A stretch of DNA of 63,168 bases, counting the filler, from Chiloscyllium plagiosum (lineage: Eukaryota), in the NCBI RefSeq assembly GCF_004010195.1. It is 5 parts of one record of this genome, joined end to end, with 100 filler letters (N's around TTAATTAATTAA, not from the genome) between each part and the next. Parts side by side here need not be neighbours in the genome. Positions count along the whole stretch, not along the records: positions 9,835 to 17,017 come from NC_057711.1; positions 17,118 to 39,953 come from NC_057711.1; 3 more parts are not named here. One strand, written 5' to 3'. Below are positions 12,421 to 24,563 of the stretch, piece after piece. Below the pieces are notes generated by a model, which did not search any database, was not told the DNA's origin, and worked only from the letters and a program-made list of their open reading frames with translations. Both the position numbers and the translations under genes were made by a program. Numbering within the stretch: position 1 is the first letter of the stretch; each line of letters opens with the position of its first letter.

Positions 12421-12763
12421 ATTCATTCACGGGAATTGCTGGCTAGGCAGCATTTATTGCTCATCTCTAATTGCCCAGAAGGCAGTTAAGAGTCAGCGGC
12501 ATTGTTGTGGGTCTGTGGTTACATATAGGTCAGACAAGGTGAGGATAGCGGTTTCCTTCCCTAAAGGACATTAGTGAACCAGATGGGTTTTTCCAACAAT
12601 CGGCAATGGATTCATAGTCATTATTTGACTCTTAATTCCAGATTTTTATTGCATTAAAATTCCATCGTCTGCTGTGGGGGAATTCGAACCCTGGTCCCCA
12701 GAACATTACCTGGGTCTCTGAACTATCAGTCCTGTGCTAATACCAATAGGCTATCACCTCTCC
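12421..12763 (-). mobile_element. tRNA-headed SINE-like element (short form of the LINE at 53811)
   Basis: On -: A-box-like TAGCCTATTGG, B-box GGTTCGAATTCC, core ttcactaatgtcctttagggaaggaaa, tail gggcaattagagatgagcaataaatgctg. Confidence 0.75.
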
Positions 12764-12834
12764 TAAATTACAGCCCTAAGATATCTTAAGAGTCTTGGTG
12801 TATTACTTGCTAATTTATTTCCTTCATTCTCACT

Positions 12835-13590
12835 ATCCAAGGCCCCAGACATACCTTCCAGGTGAAGCAGCGATTTATCTGCACATTATTCAATCTAGTT
12901 TACTGTATTTGCTGTTCATAATATGGTCTCCTCTATATTGGGGAGACAAAATGCAGACTGGGTGATTGCTTTGGAGAACATCTACGTTCTGTCCATAGAT
13001 ATGATCTCAAACTTCCAGTTTCCTGCCACTTCGACACACCAGTGTTCCTACATTTCTGTCGCAGGGCTGCTGTAGTGTTCCAGTTACTCTCAGCGAAAGC
13101 TTGAAGAACACATTCTCATTTCCTTGTAGACTCTAGAACTCAACGCAGTGTTCAATCACTTTAAACCATAATTCTGTCTTTTTATGTTTTTTTACCCACC
13201 CCCACAACCTGCCCCTGTCATGACATGATGCAGTGCAGCCAACCCATTCTTTCCTAATCTCAGCTGTCATTATCATTTATTCAGCCTCTCTTCTCTTCAG
13301 GTCTACTGTCAAGAAACAACCACCACTCCTTGTGCCTCCCAAACTCCCTCCACATCCTCCCAACCTCTCATCTTTCATATCTTGCACGGTGTTTCTCGCA
13401 AACTATCCCCACAGCTCTTTGGCCCCTACACACAGCACCCTACCCACCAAACCTCTTTGTCAGCATGAATACTGCCTTTTCCTATCTATTATCAGTTCTG
13501 ATGGTGAGTCACCAGATTTGAAATGTTAACTCTGCACGCTTCTTATGGATGCTCCCAGACCTGCTGATATCTGCTTGCAATGTCTAATTT
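12835..13590 (+). mobile_element. PLE 3' part: GIY-YIG endonuclease remnant plus terminal repeat with decayed hammerhead
   Basis: QGPRHTFQVKQRFICTLFNLVYCICCS*YGLLYIGETKCRLGDCFGEHLR; hammerhead-like AGUU-CUGAUGG-U-GAGUC ACCA GAUUU-GAAAUGUU-AACU at 13494-13531. Confidence 0.8.
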
Positions 13591-13881
13591 TGTCTCAGTT
13601 CTCTGGCTCTGCAGACTTGCAGACTAATCCGTATTTGAAAATTTTCATCAATTCAATGTTTATTTCAAAGTGAGTGTATCATTATTTTTAAAAAATATTT
13701 TCCTGAGTAATTTTTCATTAATGCAGACACCAGTATATGAACATAGGTTAAGGATAACCAAAAGTTTTTGATTTGATTTTGTCTTTCACTTTGGAGAGTT
13801 TGTCAAGAGGGGCATTCAAGGAAAATTCTGGCATGCCCTTAGTTTGAAATAAGTAAAAATGTCATTCATATGCCATTACAG

Positions 13882-14016
13882 GATACATTTTGGTATGCAT
13901 GGTTCAGTGTGTATCAATTCATCTGAGAGAAGGCACAAGGATGGAGCTGCAGCAGTTTTAGAAATCCAGCTGACCAATGATTTGATTTCCTTCTTTGACT
14001 CCACAGTGGATGTCAG
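13882..14016 (+). CDS. NEIL3: NEIL3 DNA glycosylase, exon 3
   Basis: ttacag|GATACAT...GTCAG|gtaaat; 135 nt, phase-compatible with exon 2; (R)IHFGMHGSVCINSSERRHKDGAAAVLEIQLTNDLISFFDSTVDV(R) vs human RIHFGMKGFIMINPLEYKYKNGASPVLEVQLTKDLICFFDSSVELR. Confidence 0.95.
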
Positions 14017-14789
14017 GTAAATATGTATAAACTTAATTTTTTTGTTTATTTTTGAGATAGTCTTTATAATTTTATTTATCAATTTATATGGTGTTTTAAT
14101 CTCTGAAAGTAAATCACAAGTTTCTTATCAAAATGTCTGAACTTTAGCACTGAATTTGATGGGTGGATGGTGAAAACATTTTACTGTTATGGTAGAATCT
14201 AGAATTAGGGGTCATAGATTAAAAATGCAGGGGCGCCCATTTAAAACAGAGTGGAGGAAACATATTTTCTTTGAGGGTTGAGTGTCTTTGGAATCCCCTT
14301 TGTCAAAAGGCAATGGGTGTAGAATGTTTAAGTACTTTTAAGGCAGAGGTATATAGATTCTTTACACCAAGGGCTGAAAGATTATTGAATATATGTAATG
14401 TTGAGGTTAAATTCAGATCAGCCCATGGTCTTATTAAATGGCAAAGCAGGCTCAAAGGGCCCAGTGGCTTACTTTTGTTTTTTGTTCATGTGTTTGTATA
14501 ATTGTGTGTTTTCGTTCCACACATTTATTTCCTATGCCATTTTGAAGTATGGGTTATCAAGCCACTACTTATGAAAAATGTCCACAATTTTATTATCATA
14601 TCGTTGTCTGTGCACTGTTCATAGTTTTAAGTACTTGCCGTGTCAGCTGTAAATTTTCTCTGTTGTATATGTATTCTCATGTCAGGCAGTATCCCAGTGA
14701 ATCTGTGCTGCATCCTCTTCACTTTCTGAATATTATATAATAAAGATCCATTAACTCATAGAGTAAAAGATTTTTATAGCACAGATTTG

Positions 14790-15340
14790 ATACTCATCAG
14801 TGAGTATAAAAGTTCCCGTAGCCAGAACCAACAGTTATATACAAAAACCACTTTCTCCTAAAAACCATGTAAAGACTGCCAAAAACATTACATTGGGCAA
14901 ACTTGTAGAAAACTACCCATCAGAATACTTGAACACTAACTCGCCACCAAGACACATGATTAACTATTACTGGTGTCCACACACACACAGAGGGACAACA
15001 ATTCGACTGGGACAACGTATCCATCCAAGGACAAACCAAACAGAGACATGCACGGGAATTCCTGGAAGCCTGGCACTCAAACTGGAACTCCATCAACAAA
15101 CATGTAGAGTTAGAGCCCATGTATACGAACCACTAAGAAACAAAACTGGAAGTGATATCATGCCTTCCAGCAAACCAGGGAACATAATAGCAAGAAGGAC
15201 AGAACACCAATGCTTTATCGGAGGTGCACTGATGATGTTACCTAGAATGGTGACAAAATGTCTGCGAACAAGCTCACTAGCTCAGCGAGCAATACAACAA
15301 CCTAATCCACAACCTGAGCTACAGATATTCTACAGAACTT
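14790..15340 (+). mobile_element. second PLE family, GIY-YIG C-terminus plus terminal hammerhead
   Basis: KHYIGQTCRKLPIRILEH, FDWDNVSI, REFLEAWHS; then GCA-CUGAUGA-U-GUUACC UAGAAU GGUGAC-AAAAUGUC-UGC at 15226-15265. Confidence 0.8.
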
Positions 15341-15379
15341 TTTTTTATGGTGTCTGTAGAGCAATCATATCCGTCCTAT

Positions 15380-15800
15380 AATGTGGCGATCAGAATTGCT
15401 TACAGTTGTGGCTTAACTAACATCTTGTACAGTTCTATCATAACCTCACAGCTCTTGTATTCAATGCCTTTATTCAATAAAGGCAGGTATCCTATATGCC
15501 TTCTCAATCATCTTATCCATCTGACCTGTTGCCTTCAAGGATCTGTGGACATGTACACCAAGGTCCCTCTGATCCTCTAAACTACATAGGTTCTTATCAC
15601 TCATTGTGTGTACTGTCTTATTTTATTAGCCCTTCCAAAATATATCATCTCTCACTTCCATGGATTAAATTCCATTTGCCATTGTTCTGTGCATCTGACC
15701 ATTTATATTGTCCTGTGTTCTTCCACGTTATTTACCACACAACCAATTTTCGTTTCATTTGCAAACTTACTGATCAAACCCTCTACATTTCTGCCTGGAT
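15380..15800 (-). mobile_element. old CR1 RT fragment
   Basis: Reverse-strand remnants KFANETKIG, QWQMEFNP, RGIEYKSCEVMIELYKMLVKPQL. Confidence 0.7.
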
Positions 15801-16679
15801 CATTTAATGTACTAAACAAAATTAATCTGTAACTCTTAAAACTTCTTCAATTGTATTCTAATTAGGATTTGATATAGATCCACAAATGTATCTTGTTTTT
15901 TATATTCTATATTACTTGCCTTAAAACTGGTGAACATTGGCTTTTGTTACAACCTTATCACTTGTGGTGCTGCTTTTAACTACATGAGAATATGAACGCA
16001 AACATTTTGCTCCTCTTCATCCAGTTTTTCAACCGTAATTATTTTTACTTTTTATTATATTTCCAGTCTCACATTTGAAATCCATCTGTCTTTTTTTTTC
16101 AATCCATTTCACCATCTTGTCATTCTGCCTTTGCAGCTCTCGGTAGTTCTCCTGAGCAGCATAGATGGGTTTAGTAATATAGCACATAGCAGGAAGAGAA
16201 CATGCAAAAAATGCAATGCTGTGAGAATACAAAAAGTGGCATGCACTTGTGTAGGAAAGGAAACACAAAGTAGAGCTTAATTAATTTTGATCAAGAGTGC
16301 AGAAGGAGAACAGTTTGTGCAAAGGAAAATGGCAAGTATGATGCACTCAGAATGAAAAGATAACATGCAAAGTATGTAATGAGAAAAAAATTGCACAAAT
16401 GCAAACATATGTCCAGAAAAAATAAGGGGGAAAATGTAGTGCAAAACGTAAGCTCAATGTGACTTGAGATTTTGAAAAAAGTGAAATAACTGAAGTTAAA
16501 GGCAATTATCCCTTTGATATTACACTTTGTAGCGTAAGATAAAAATATCTTAAATATATCTATAAAATGAACTCGAACTGGAATAGTGCAACCAGAGTAA
16601 TTGAGTTGGTTCATTTAAATTGTTTGGCACAAAAAAATGCAGAATGAAAATATTTTTGAAAGAAAACCAAATTAGTAGG

Positions 16680-17017
16680 GACTGACTGCACAGTTACCGC
16701 CTTTGCTGTTTGAATTCGTGTATCGCTGGACATCGGAGTGCATCTGGGAAAATTAACAAACACTGAAATTCACAACTAATCTTGGAGGAACTGTTGTGCG
16801 AAGTTCACAGCACAGAATCAGATAAGTTAATTATTGTTTTAAGTCTGTCCAAGAATAGGTTGCAGTAGTGGGTACAGTGGATTCTTTCTTGATTATATGT
16901 TTTTGGAGATAAGTCTCTTGATTAAACTTAAAATATAAGCCATAGCTATTAATTTAACCTGGGGCAGTGTTTGTAGAGGAATAAGACGGTGTTATTTTCT
17001 GAGTCTGTAGATTGTGA
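16680..17017 (+). mobile_element. CR1 5' UTR running into the gap
   Basis: Reverse complement of ~18730-19065, the 5' UTR of the minus-strand CR1. Confidence 0.8.
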
Positions 17018-17117
17018 NNNNNNNNNNNNNNNNNNNNNNNNNNNNNNNNNNNNNNNNNNNNTTAATTAATTAANNNNNNNNNNNNNNNNNNNNNNNNNNN
17101 NNNNNNNNNNNNNNNNN

Positions 17118-19080
17118 TGTAATGCTATCCCTTATCAAAAATGCCACTCCCCCTCCTCTCTTACCTCCCTTTCTATCCTTCCTGTAGGATTTGTATCCTG
17201 GAACATTAAGCTGCCAGTTCTGCCCATCCCTGAGCCATGTTTCTGTAATTGCTATGATATCCCAGTCCCATGTTCCTAACCATGCCCTGAGTTCATCTGC
17301 CTTCCCTGTTACGCCCCTTGCATTGAAATAAATGCAGTTTAATTTATTAGTCCTACCTTGTCCCTGCCTGCCCTGACTGTTTGACTCGCTTCTGTTCTCA
17401 ACTGTACCCGTCGCAGATTGATCTCTTTCCTCACTATCACCCTGGGTCCCATCCCCCCCCACCTTACTAGTTTAAATCCTCCCGAGCAGTTCTAGTAAAT
17501 TTCCTTGCTAGTATATTTGTCCCCTTCCAATTTAGGTGCAATCCATCCTTCTTGTACAGATCACTTCTACCCCAAAAGAGATTCCAATGATCCAAAAATG
17601 TGAATCCTTCTCCCGTACACCTGCTCCTGAGCCATGCATTCATCTGCTCTATCCTCCTATTCCTGCCCTCATTAGCTCGTAGCACCGGGAGTAATTCAGA
17701 TATTACTAATCTCGAGGACCTCCTTTTTAAATTCCTGCCTAACTGTCTGTAATCTCCCTTCAGAATCTCAACCTTTTCCCTTCCTATGTCGTTGGTTCCA
17801 ATGTGGACAATGACCTCTTGCCGGCCCCTCTCCCCCGTGAGAACATTCTGCACCCTCTCTCAGGCATCCTTGATTGTGGTACCAGGGAAACAACGCACCA
17901 TTCTGCTTTTCCGCTGCTGGCCACAGAAATGTCTGTCTGTACCTCTGACTACAGAATCCCCTGACACAATTGATTTCTTGGAAGCCAACGTACTCCTCAT
18001 TGCATTAGAGCCAGTCTCAACACCAGAAACTTGGATATCCGTGCTACGTTCCCCTGAGAATCTATCACCCCCTCCATTTTCCAAAACAGCATACCTGTTT
18101 GAAATGGGTATATCCACAAAAGACTCCTGCACTAGGTGCTTACCTCTCTTGCCTTTCCTGGAGTTAACCCATCTATGTGACTGTATCTGAGACATTCCCC
18201 TCTTCCTAAAACTGCCATCCATCACATACTGTTGCTGTTGCAAATTCCTCATTGCTTCTAACTGTCTCTCCAACCAATCTATTCGATCTGATAAGATTCA
18301 CAGCCTACAGCATTTATGGCAGATATAATCCACAGTAACCCTCAAACTCTCTTTAAAGGGCGGCACGGTGGCACAGTGCTTAGCACTGCTGCCTCACAGC
18401 ACCAGAGACCCGGGTTCAATTCCCGACTCAGGCGACTGACTGTGTGGAGTTTGCACATTCTCCCCGTGTCTGCGTGGGTTTCCTCCGGGTGCTCCGGTTT
18501 CCTCCCACAGTCCAAAGATGTGCAGGTCAGGTGAATTGGCCATGCTAAATTGCCCGTAGTGTTAGGTAAAGGGGTAAATGTAGGGAAATGGGTGGGTTGC
18601 GCTTCGGTGGGTCGGTGGCGACTTGTTGGGCCGAAGGGCCTGTTTCCACACTGTAAGTAATCTAATCTAAAACTACCACATCAGACAAGAGGTACATATC
18701 ATTGTACTAAAGGCCATTTTTGCTCTTTCACAATCTACAGACCCAGAAAATAACACCATCTTATTCCTCTACAAACACTGCCCCAGGTTAAATTAATAGT
18801 AATGGCTTATATTTTAAGTTTAATCAAGAGACATATCTCCAAAAACATATAATCAAGAAATAACCCACTCTAATCACTACTGCAGCTTCTCTGTAGGCCA
18901 GACTTAAAACAACGATTAACTTATCTGATTCTGTGCTGTGAACTTCGCCCAAACAGGTTCCTCCAAGATTAGTTGTGAATTTCACTGTTTGTTAATTTTT
19001 CCAGACGCACTCCAATGTCCAGCAATACATGAATTCAAAACAGCAAAAGCAGTAACAGTGCAGGTTGGTTTGTTTGTTTG

Positions 19081-19115
<35 letters not shown>

Positions 19116-19345
19116 GCACTGTCCTCACCATGTGCTTCCTTTGTCCGTTCTTCTCTCTTTTAAAACTGCTGTTGTTTTGACTTTTTTTTTCCAAATTTCC
19201 AAAACAATGCAACAGCATATGAAACAGTAATCACTGCTCCTGGAATTTGAGGAAATCACCTCCAGCACCTAAAATACCTCAAAAAAGGAGCAGCTGTTAC
19301 AGCCAAAGTTTTTTTCTGTCCACCATCTTGGATTACCCAGAATCC
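17118..19345 (-). mobile_element. CR1 5' part: 5' UTR, ORF1 (SGNH esterase type), start of ORF2 AP endonuclease
   Basis: IVSGDSVVRGTDR..VRCFPG..IVHIGTNDIG..DGLHLN; LNCIYFNARG..WDIIAITETWL; (CT)n microsatellite at ~19085. Confidence 0.92.
18358..18670 (+). mobile_element. HE1 / V-SINE, full length, inserted in CR1 ORF1
   Basis: tRNA head (TGGCACAGTG, GGTTCAATTCC), V core gtttgcacattctccccgtgtctgcgtgggtttcctccggg, CR1-type tail gggcctgtttccacactgtaagtaatctaatct. Confidence 0.92.
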
Positions 19346-19349
19346 TCTT

Positions 19350-19605
19350 TATGTTGAAATTTGAATTCAGCAGGAGAAAGGGCTGGGTCTATGGTGACCA
19401 TGCAACAACAATGATTGCTCTCAAACCCCATCTAATTTACTAATATCCTTTACAGAAGATTATTAGCCTTCCTTACCTGGTCTGGCCTACACGTAGCTCC
19501 AGATCCACAGCAATGTGGTTGACTCTTGACTGTCCTCTAGGCAGTTAGGGATGGGCAATAAATATTAGCCTTGCTAGTGACACCCCACATCCCATAAACC
19601 AATAA
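19350..19605 (+). mobile_element. second copy of the short tRNA-LINE-derived SINE (5' truncated)
   Basis: Same core and same junction (ctgtcctct|aggcagttagggatgggcaataaa) as 12421-12763. Confidence 0.7.
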
Positions 19606-19649
19606 TTTTAAAAAGTTTTATCAATCAGCAATACTAAAGCAAACCAGGT

Positions 19650-22600
19650 TTGTATCATGCTCTAATGTAATAAGGGGTACATTAGGTTCCAAGCAATCGA
19701 TTATGATAGGGGGACTCTCTAGTCAGAGGCACAGACAGACATTTCTGCAGCCAGCAGTGAAAAATCAGAATGGTGCATTGCCTCCCTGGTGCCAGGATCA
19801 AGGATGTCTCAGAGAGGGTGCAGAATGTTCTCAAGGGAGAGAGGGACCAGCGAGGTCATTGTACACATTGGAATTAACGACATTGGAAGAGAAAAGGATG
19901 AGATGCTGAAGGGAGAATTTCAGAAGTTAGGCAGGAATTTAAAAAGGAGGTCCTCGAGGGTAGTAATATCTGGATTACTCCTGGTGCTACGAGCTAGTGA
20001 GGGTAGAAGTAGGAGGATACAGCAGGTGAATGCATGGCTGAGGAGCTGGTATATGGGAGAAGGGTTCACATTTTTGGATCATTGGAATCTCTTCTGGGGT
20101 AGAAGTGACCTGTACAAGAAGGAGGAATTGTACCTGATTTGGGAGGAACTAATATACTGGCAGGGAGATTTGCTACAGATGCTTGGGAGGATTTAAACTA
20201 CTAAGATGGGGGTGGGGGTGGGGGTGGGGGGACCAGCGAGATAGTGAGGAAAGAAATCAATCTGAGACTGGCACAGTTGGGAAAAGGAGCGAGTCAAACA
20301 GTCAGGGCAGGCAGGAACAAAGCAGAGAACAAGGTTTAACTGATAAATTAAACTGCATTTACTTCAATGCAAGAGGGCAAACAGGGGGGCAAGACAGGAG
20401 GGAAAGTGGCATTTTTGATAAGGGATAGCATTACTGCTGTACTGAGGGAGGATATTCCTGGAAATACATCCAGGGAAGCTATTTGGGTGGAACTGAGAAA
20501 TAAGAAAGGGATGATCACCTTAGTAGGATTGTCCTGTAGACACCCTAATAGTCAGAGGGAAATGAAGAAACAAATCTTTAAGGAGATTTCAATTATCTGT
20601 AGGAATAATAGGGTGGTTATGGTAGGGGAAATTTAACTTTCCAAACATAGACTGGGGCTGCCATAGCGTTAAGGGTTTAGATGGATAGGAAGTGTTATGG
20701 GTGTACAAGACAATTTTCTGATTCAGTATGTGGATGTACCTACAAGGTACAAAACCTGACCTACTCCTGGGAAATAAGGCAGGGCAGGTGACTGAGGTGT
20801 CAGTGGGGGAGCACTTTGGGGCCAGCGACCATAATTCTATTAGATTTAAAATAGCGATGGAAAAGGATAGACCAGATCTAAAAGATGAAGTTCTAAATTG
20901 GAGGAAGGCTAAATTTGACAGTATTAGGTAAGAACTTTCAAAAGCTGATTGGGTGCAGGTGTTCGCAGGTAAAGGGACAGCTGGAAAATGGGAAGCCTTC
21001 AGAGATGAGATAACGAGAATCCAGAGAAAGTACATTCCTGTCAGGGTGAAAGGAAAGGCTGGTAGGTGTAGGCAATGCTGGATGATGAAAGAAATTGAAG
21101 GTTTGGTTAAGAAAAAGAAGGAAGCATATGACAGGATAGATCGAGTGAATCCTTAGAAGAGTATAAAGGCAATAGGAGTATACTTCAGAGGGGAATCAGG
21201 AGGGCAAAACAGGGACATGACATAACTTTGGCAAATAGGGTTAAGGACATCCAAAGGGATTTTATAAATGCATCAAGGAAAAAAAAGAGAAACTAGGGCC
21301 ACTCAAAGATCAGCAAGACAGTCTAAGTGTGGAGCCACATGAGACGGGGGATACCAAATGAGTTTTTGCATCAGTATTTACTGAGGAGAAGGACATGGAA
21401 AATTATGGAATGTGGGGAAATAGATGATGACATCTTGAAAAATGTCCATATTACAGTTGGATGCCTTGAAACGCATAAAAGTAGATAAATCCCCAGGACC
21501 TGATCAGGTGTACCCTGGAACTCTGTGGGAAGCTAGGGAAGTAATTGCTGGGCCCCTTGCTGAGATATTTGGATCATCGATCGTCATAGGAGAGGTCCCA
21601 GAGGAATGGAGATTGGCTAATGTGGTGCCACTATTTAAGAAGGTGATAAGGAAAACCCAAGGATCTATTGACCGGCAAGCCTGACATCAGTGGTGGGCAA
21701 GTTGTTGGAGAGAATCCTGAGGGACAGGATGTACATGTGTTTGGAAAGGCAAGGACTGATTGGGGATAGTAAACGTGGCATTGTGTGTGGAAAATCATCT
21801 CTCACGCACTTGATTGAGTGTTTTGAAGAAGTAACAATGAGGATTGATGAGGGCAGTGCAGTAGACGTGATCTATATGGACTTCAGTAAGGCGCTTAACA
21901 AGGTTCCTCATTGGAGACTGTTAGCAAGGTTAGATCTCAAGAAATACAGGGCAAACTAGCCACTTGGATACAGAAATGGCTCAAAGGTAGAAGACAGAGG
22001 GTGGTGGTGGAGGGTTGCTTTTCAGACTGTGACCTGTGGAGTGCCACAAGGATTTGTGCTGGGTCCACTGCTTTTCATCATTTATATAAATGATTTGGAT
22101 GTGAACATAGGAGGTATAGTTAGTAAGTTTGCAGATGCCACCAAAATTAGTGGTGAAGTGGACATCAAAGAAGGTTACTTCAGAGTACGGAGGGTTATTG
22201 ATCAGATGGGCCAATGAGGTGAGGAGTGGCAGATGGGATTTTTTTTAAGATGAATGCAATGTGCTGCATTTTGGAAAAACAAATTAGAGCAGGACTTTTA
22301 CACTTAAATGGTAAGGTCCTGGGGAGTGTTGCTGAACAAAGACCTTGGCGTGCAGGTTCATAGCTCCTTGAAAGTAGATTCGCAGGTAGAAAGGATAGTG
22401 AAAAAGGCTTTTAGTGTGCTTTCTGGATTAGTGGTGCTGGAAGAGCACAGCAGTTCAGGCAGCATCCAAGGAGCTTCGAAATCGACGTTTCGGGCAGGAA
22501 TAAAGGCAGTGAGCCGGGAGCGTGGAGAGATAAGCTAGAGGAGGGTGGGGGTGGGGAGAAAGTAGCATAGAGTACAATAGGNNNNNNNNNNNNNNNNNNN

Positions 22601-23697
22601 NNNNNNNNNNNNNNNNNNNNNNNNNNNNNNNNNNNNNNNNNNNNNNNNNNNNNNNNNNNNNNNNNNNNNNNNNNNNNNNNNNNNNNNNNNNNNNNNNNNN
22701 NNNNNNNNNNNNNNNNNNNNNNNNNNNNNNNNNNNNNNNNNNNNNNNNNNNNNNNNNNNNNNNNNNNNNNNNNNNNNNNNNNNNNNNNNNNNNNNNNNNN
22801 NNNNNNNNNNNNNNNNNNNNNNNNNNNNNNNNNNNNNNNNNNNNNNNNNNNNNNNNNNNNNNNNNNNNNNNNNNNNNNNNNNNNNNNNNNNNNNNNNNNN
22901 NNNNNNNNNNNNNNNNNNNNNNNNNNNNNNNNNNNNNNNNNNNNCTCCTCTAGCTTATCTCTCCACACTCCAGGCTCACTGTCTTTATTCCTGATGAAGG
23001 GCTTTTGCCCGAAACATCGATTTCGAAGCTCCTTGGATGCTGCCTGAACTGCTGTGCTCTTCCAGCACCACTAATCCAGAATCTGGTTTCCAGCATCTGC
23101 AGTCATTGTTTTTACCTTTTAGTGTGCTTTGCTTTATTGGTCAAAGCATTGAGTATAGGAATTGGGAAGTCATGTTGCGGCTGTACAGGACATTAGTTAT
23201 GCCAATTTTGGAATATTGGTATTTCCTATCAGAAGGATGTTGTGAATACTTACAAGGATTTTGCCAGGGTTGGAGGATTGGAGCTTTTGGAAGAGGCTGA
23301 ATAGGCTGCGGCTGATTTCACTGGAGTGTCGGAGACTGAGGGGTGACTTTACGGAGGTTTATAAAATTGTGTGGGCCATGGATAGGATAAATAGACAAAG
23401 TCTTTTCCCTGGGGTGGGGGAGTCCAGAACTAGAGGGCATAGGTTTAGGGTGAGAGGGGCAAGATATAAAAGAGACCTAAGGGGCAACTTTCTCACGCAG
23501 AGGGTGGTACGTGTATGAAATGAGCTGCCAGAGGAAGTGGTAGAGGCTAGTACATTTAAAAGGCATCTGGATGGATATATGAATAGGAAGGGTTTCAAGG
23601 GACAAATGCTGGCAATTGGGTCTCGATTAAGTTAGGATATCTGGTTGGCATGGACGAGTTGGACAAAGGATCTGTTTCCATGCTGTACTTCTCTATC
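19650..23697 (+). mobile_element. CR1 LINE, ORF1 3' half through ORF2 and 3' UTR, degenerate (AGA intron 6, antisense)
   Basis: IVHIGINDIG (esterase), APE GGKVAFLIRD..SDHNSIRF, DKSPGPD, GVPQGFVLGPLLF, FADATK, RRLRGDFTEVYK. Confidence 0.92.
22423..23115. mobile_element. PLE insertion with inverted terminal arms, inside CR1
   Basis: Left arm in - orientation, right arm in +, N-run between; 15-bp TSD cttttagtgtgcttt (22408-22422 and 23116-23130); hammerhead at 22991-23018. Confidence 0.85.
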
Positions 23698-24020
23698 CCA
23701 GGAAAGGGCAGGATGTACTGAAGAGGTGAGGTAGCAAGAGAGATGAAGGGTCACTGACTCAACATTTTAACTCTGAGCTCTCAACAGATGCTGCCTGACC
23801 AGCTGTATATTACTGGAACTTCTTGTTTTTAATCCTGTGCAGTATACTGTTTTATAATAGTCAACTCTAAAGATTGATAGCATTAAGCTCATCCAGGATA
23901 TTGTTTTAGATTTAAGAAATTGGAAAACAAAGGGCCAGATTGCCGAAAATGATAGACACAAAAATCTATTATGCAAGGGAGAGAGACATTTTTACAAGGT
24001 TAAAACACTAAAATACATAC

Positions 24021-24096
24021 CCTGGGATTTTATGTGATAGGCCATTAGTAGACGTCCCAGCAGCTACACTTCCAGTCTTGTCAATCACAACCATTC
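24021..24096 (-). CDS. AGA: aspartylglucosaminidase exon 6
   Basis: ttag|GAATG...CCAGG|gtatgt; 76 nt; (G)MVVIDKTGSVAAGTSTNGLSHKIP(G). Confidence 0.95.
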
Positions 24097-24223
24097 CTAA
24101 TTTCAAAAATCAACAATCAACCATGAATCCTCAACTCCTGAGAGTTGCACAAAGTACTTTCATCTTAAATATCTCCAAAACATTCCAATATATATATAAA
24201 ACTTATCAAAATAAAAGACTTAC

Positions 24224-24341
24224 CAATGGTGTCATGGTTATGAATATTGCCAAGCTGTGCTGGTATTCTGTTCTGTTTGGACAGTGGCGTCTTCATTGGT
24301 TTGTATGGCCCACAGGAAGTTTCTGCATACGGTACAACATT
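24224..24341 (-). CDS. AGA: aspartylglucosaminidase exon 5 (autocleavage site HD|TIG)
   Basis: ttcacag|AATGTT...ATTG|gtaagt; 118 nt; NVVPYAETSCGPYKPMKTPLSKQNRIPAQLGNIHNHDTI(G); Ntn-hydrolase nucleophile Thr retained. Confidence 0.95.
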
Positions 24342-24450
24342 CTGTGAAAATCAAAATGTCTTTCCATAGAATTAGATGACATTGTAAACTTCTCCTTTCA
24401 TACCTTATAAGCATCTAAAATATTTGCCCTTCACTTGAAGTCAGACTCAC

Positions 24451-24563
24451 TTTCCAGAAATTAGGTTGGCATCTTTGGTTCAGCCAGTCTGCATGCATGG
24501 ACAGAGATTTGTTTGTTGTTAAATCTTCACTTGGGAAACCCATATTCTGAGCAAATTCTGAAG
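24451..24563 (-). CDS. AGA: aspartylglucosaminidase exon 4
   Basis: caacag|CTTCA...TGGAAA|gtgagt; 113 nt; (A)SEFAQNMGFPSEDLTTNKSLSMHADWLNQRCQPNFWK. Confidence 0.95.

Noticed and set aside
16029..16268. GNIIK resembling NEIL3 exon 4 (GVGNIIKNE)
   Set aside because: Wrong strand, no surrounding similarity, embedded in a CR1-like remnant.
18358..18430. tRNA gene
   Set aside because: The A/B boxes belong to the HE1 SINE head and continue into SINE core and tail; the same applies to the other copies.
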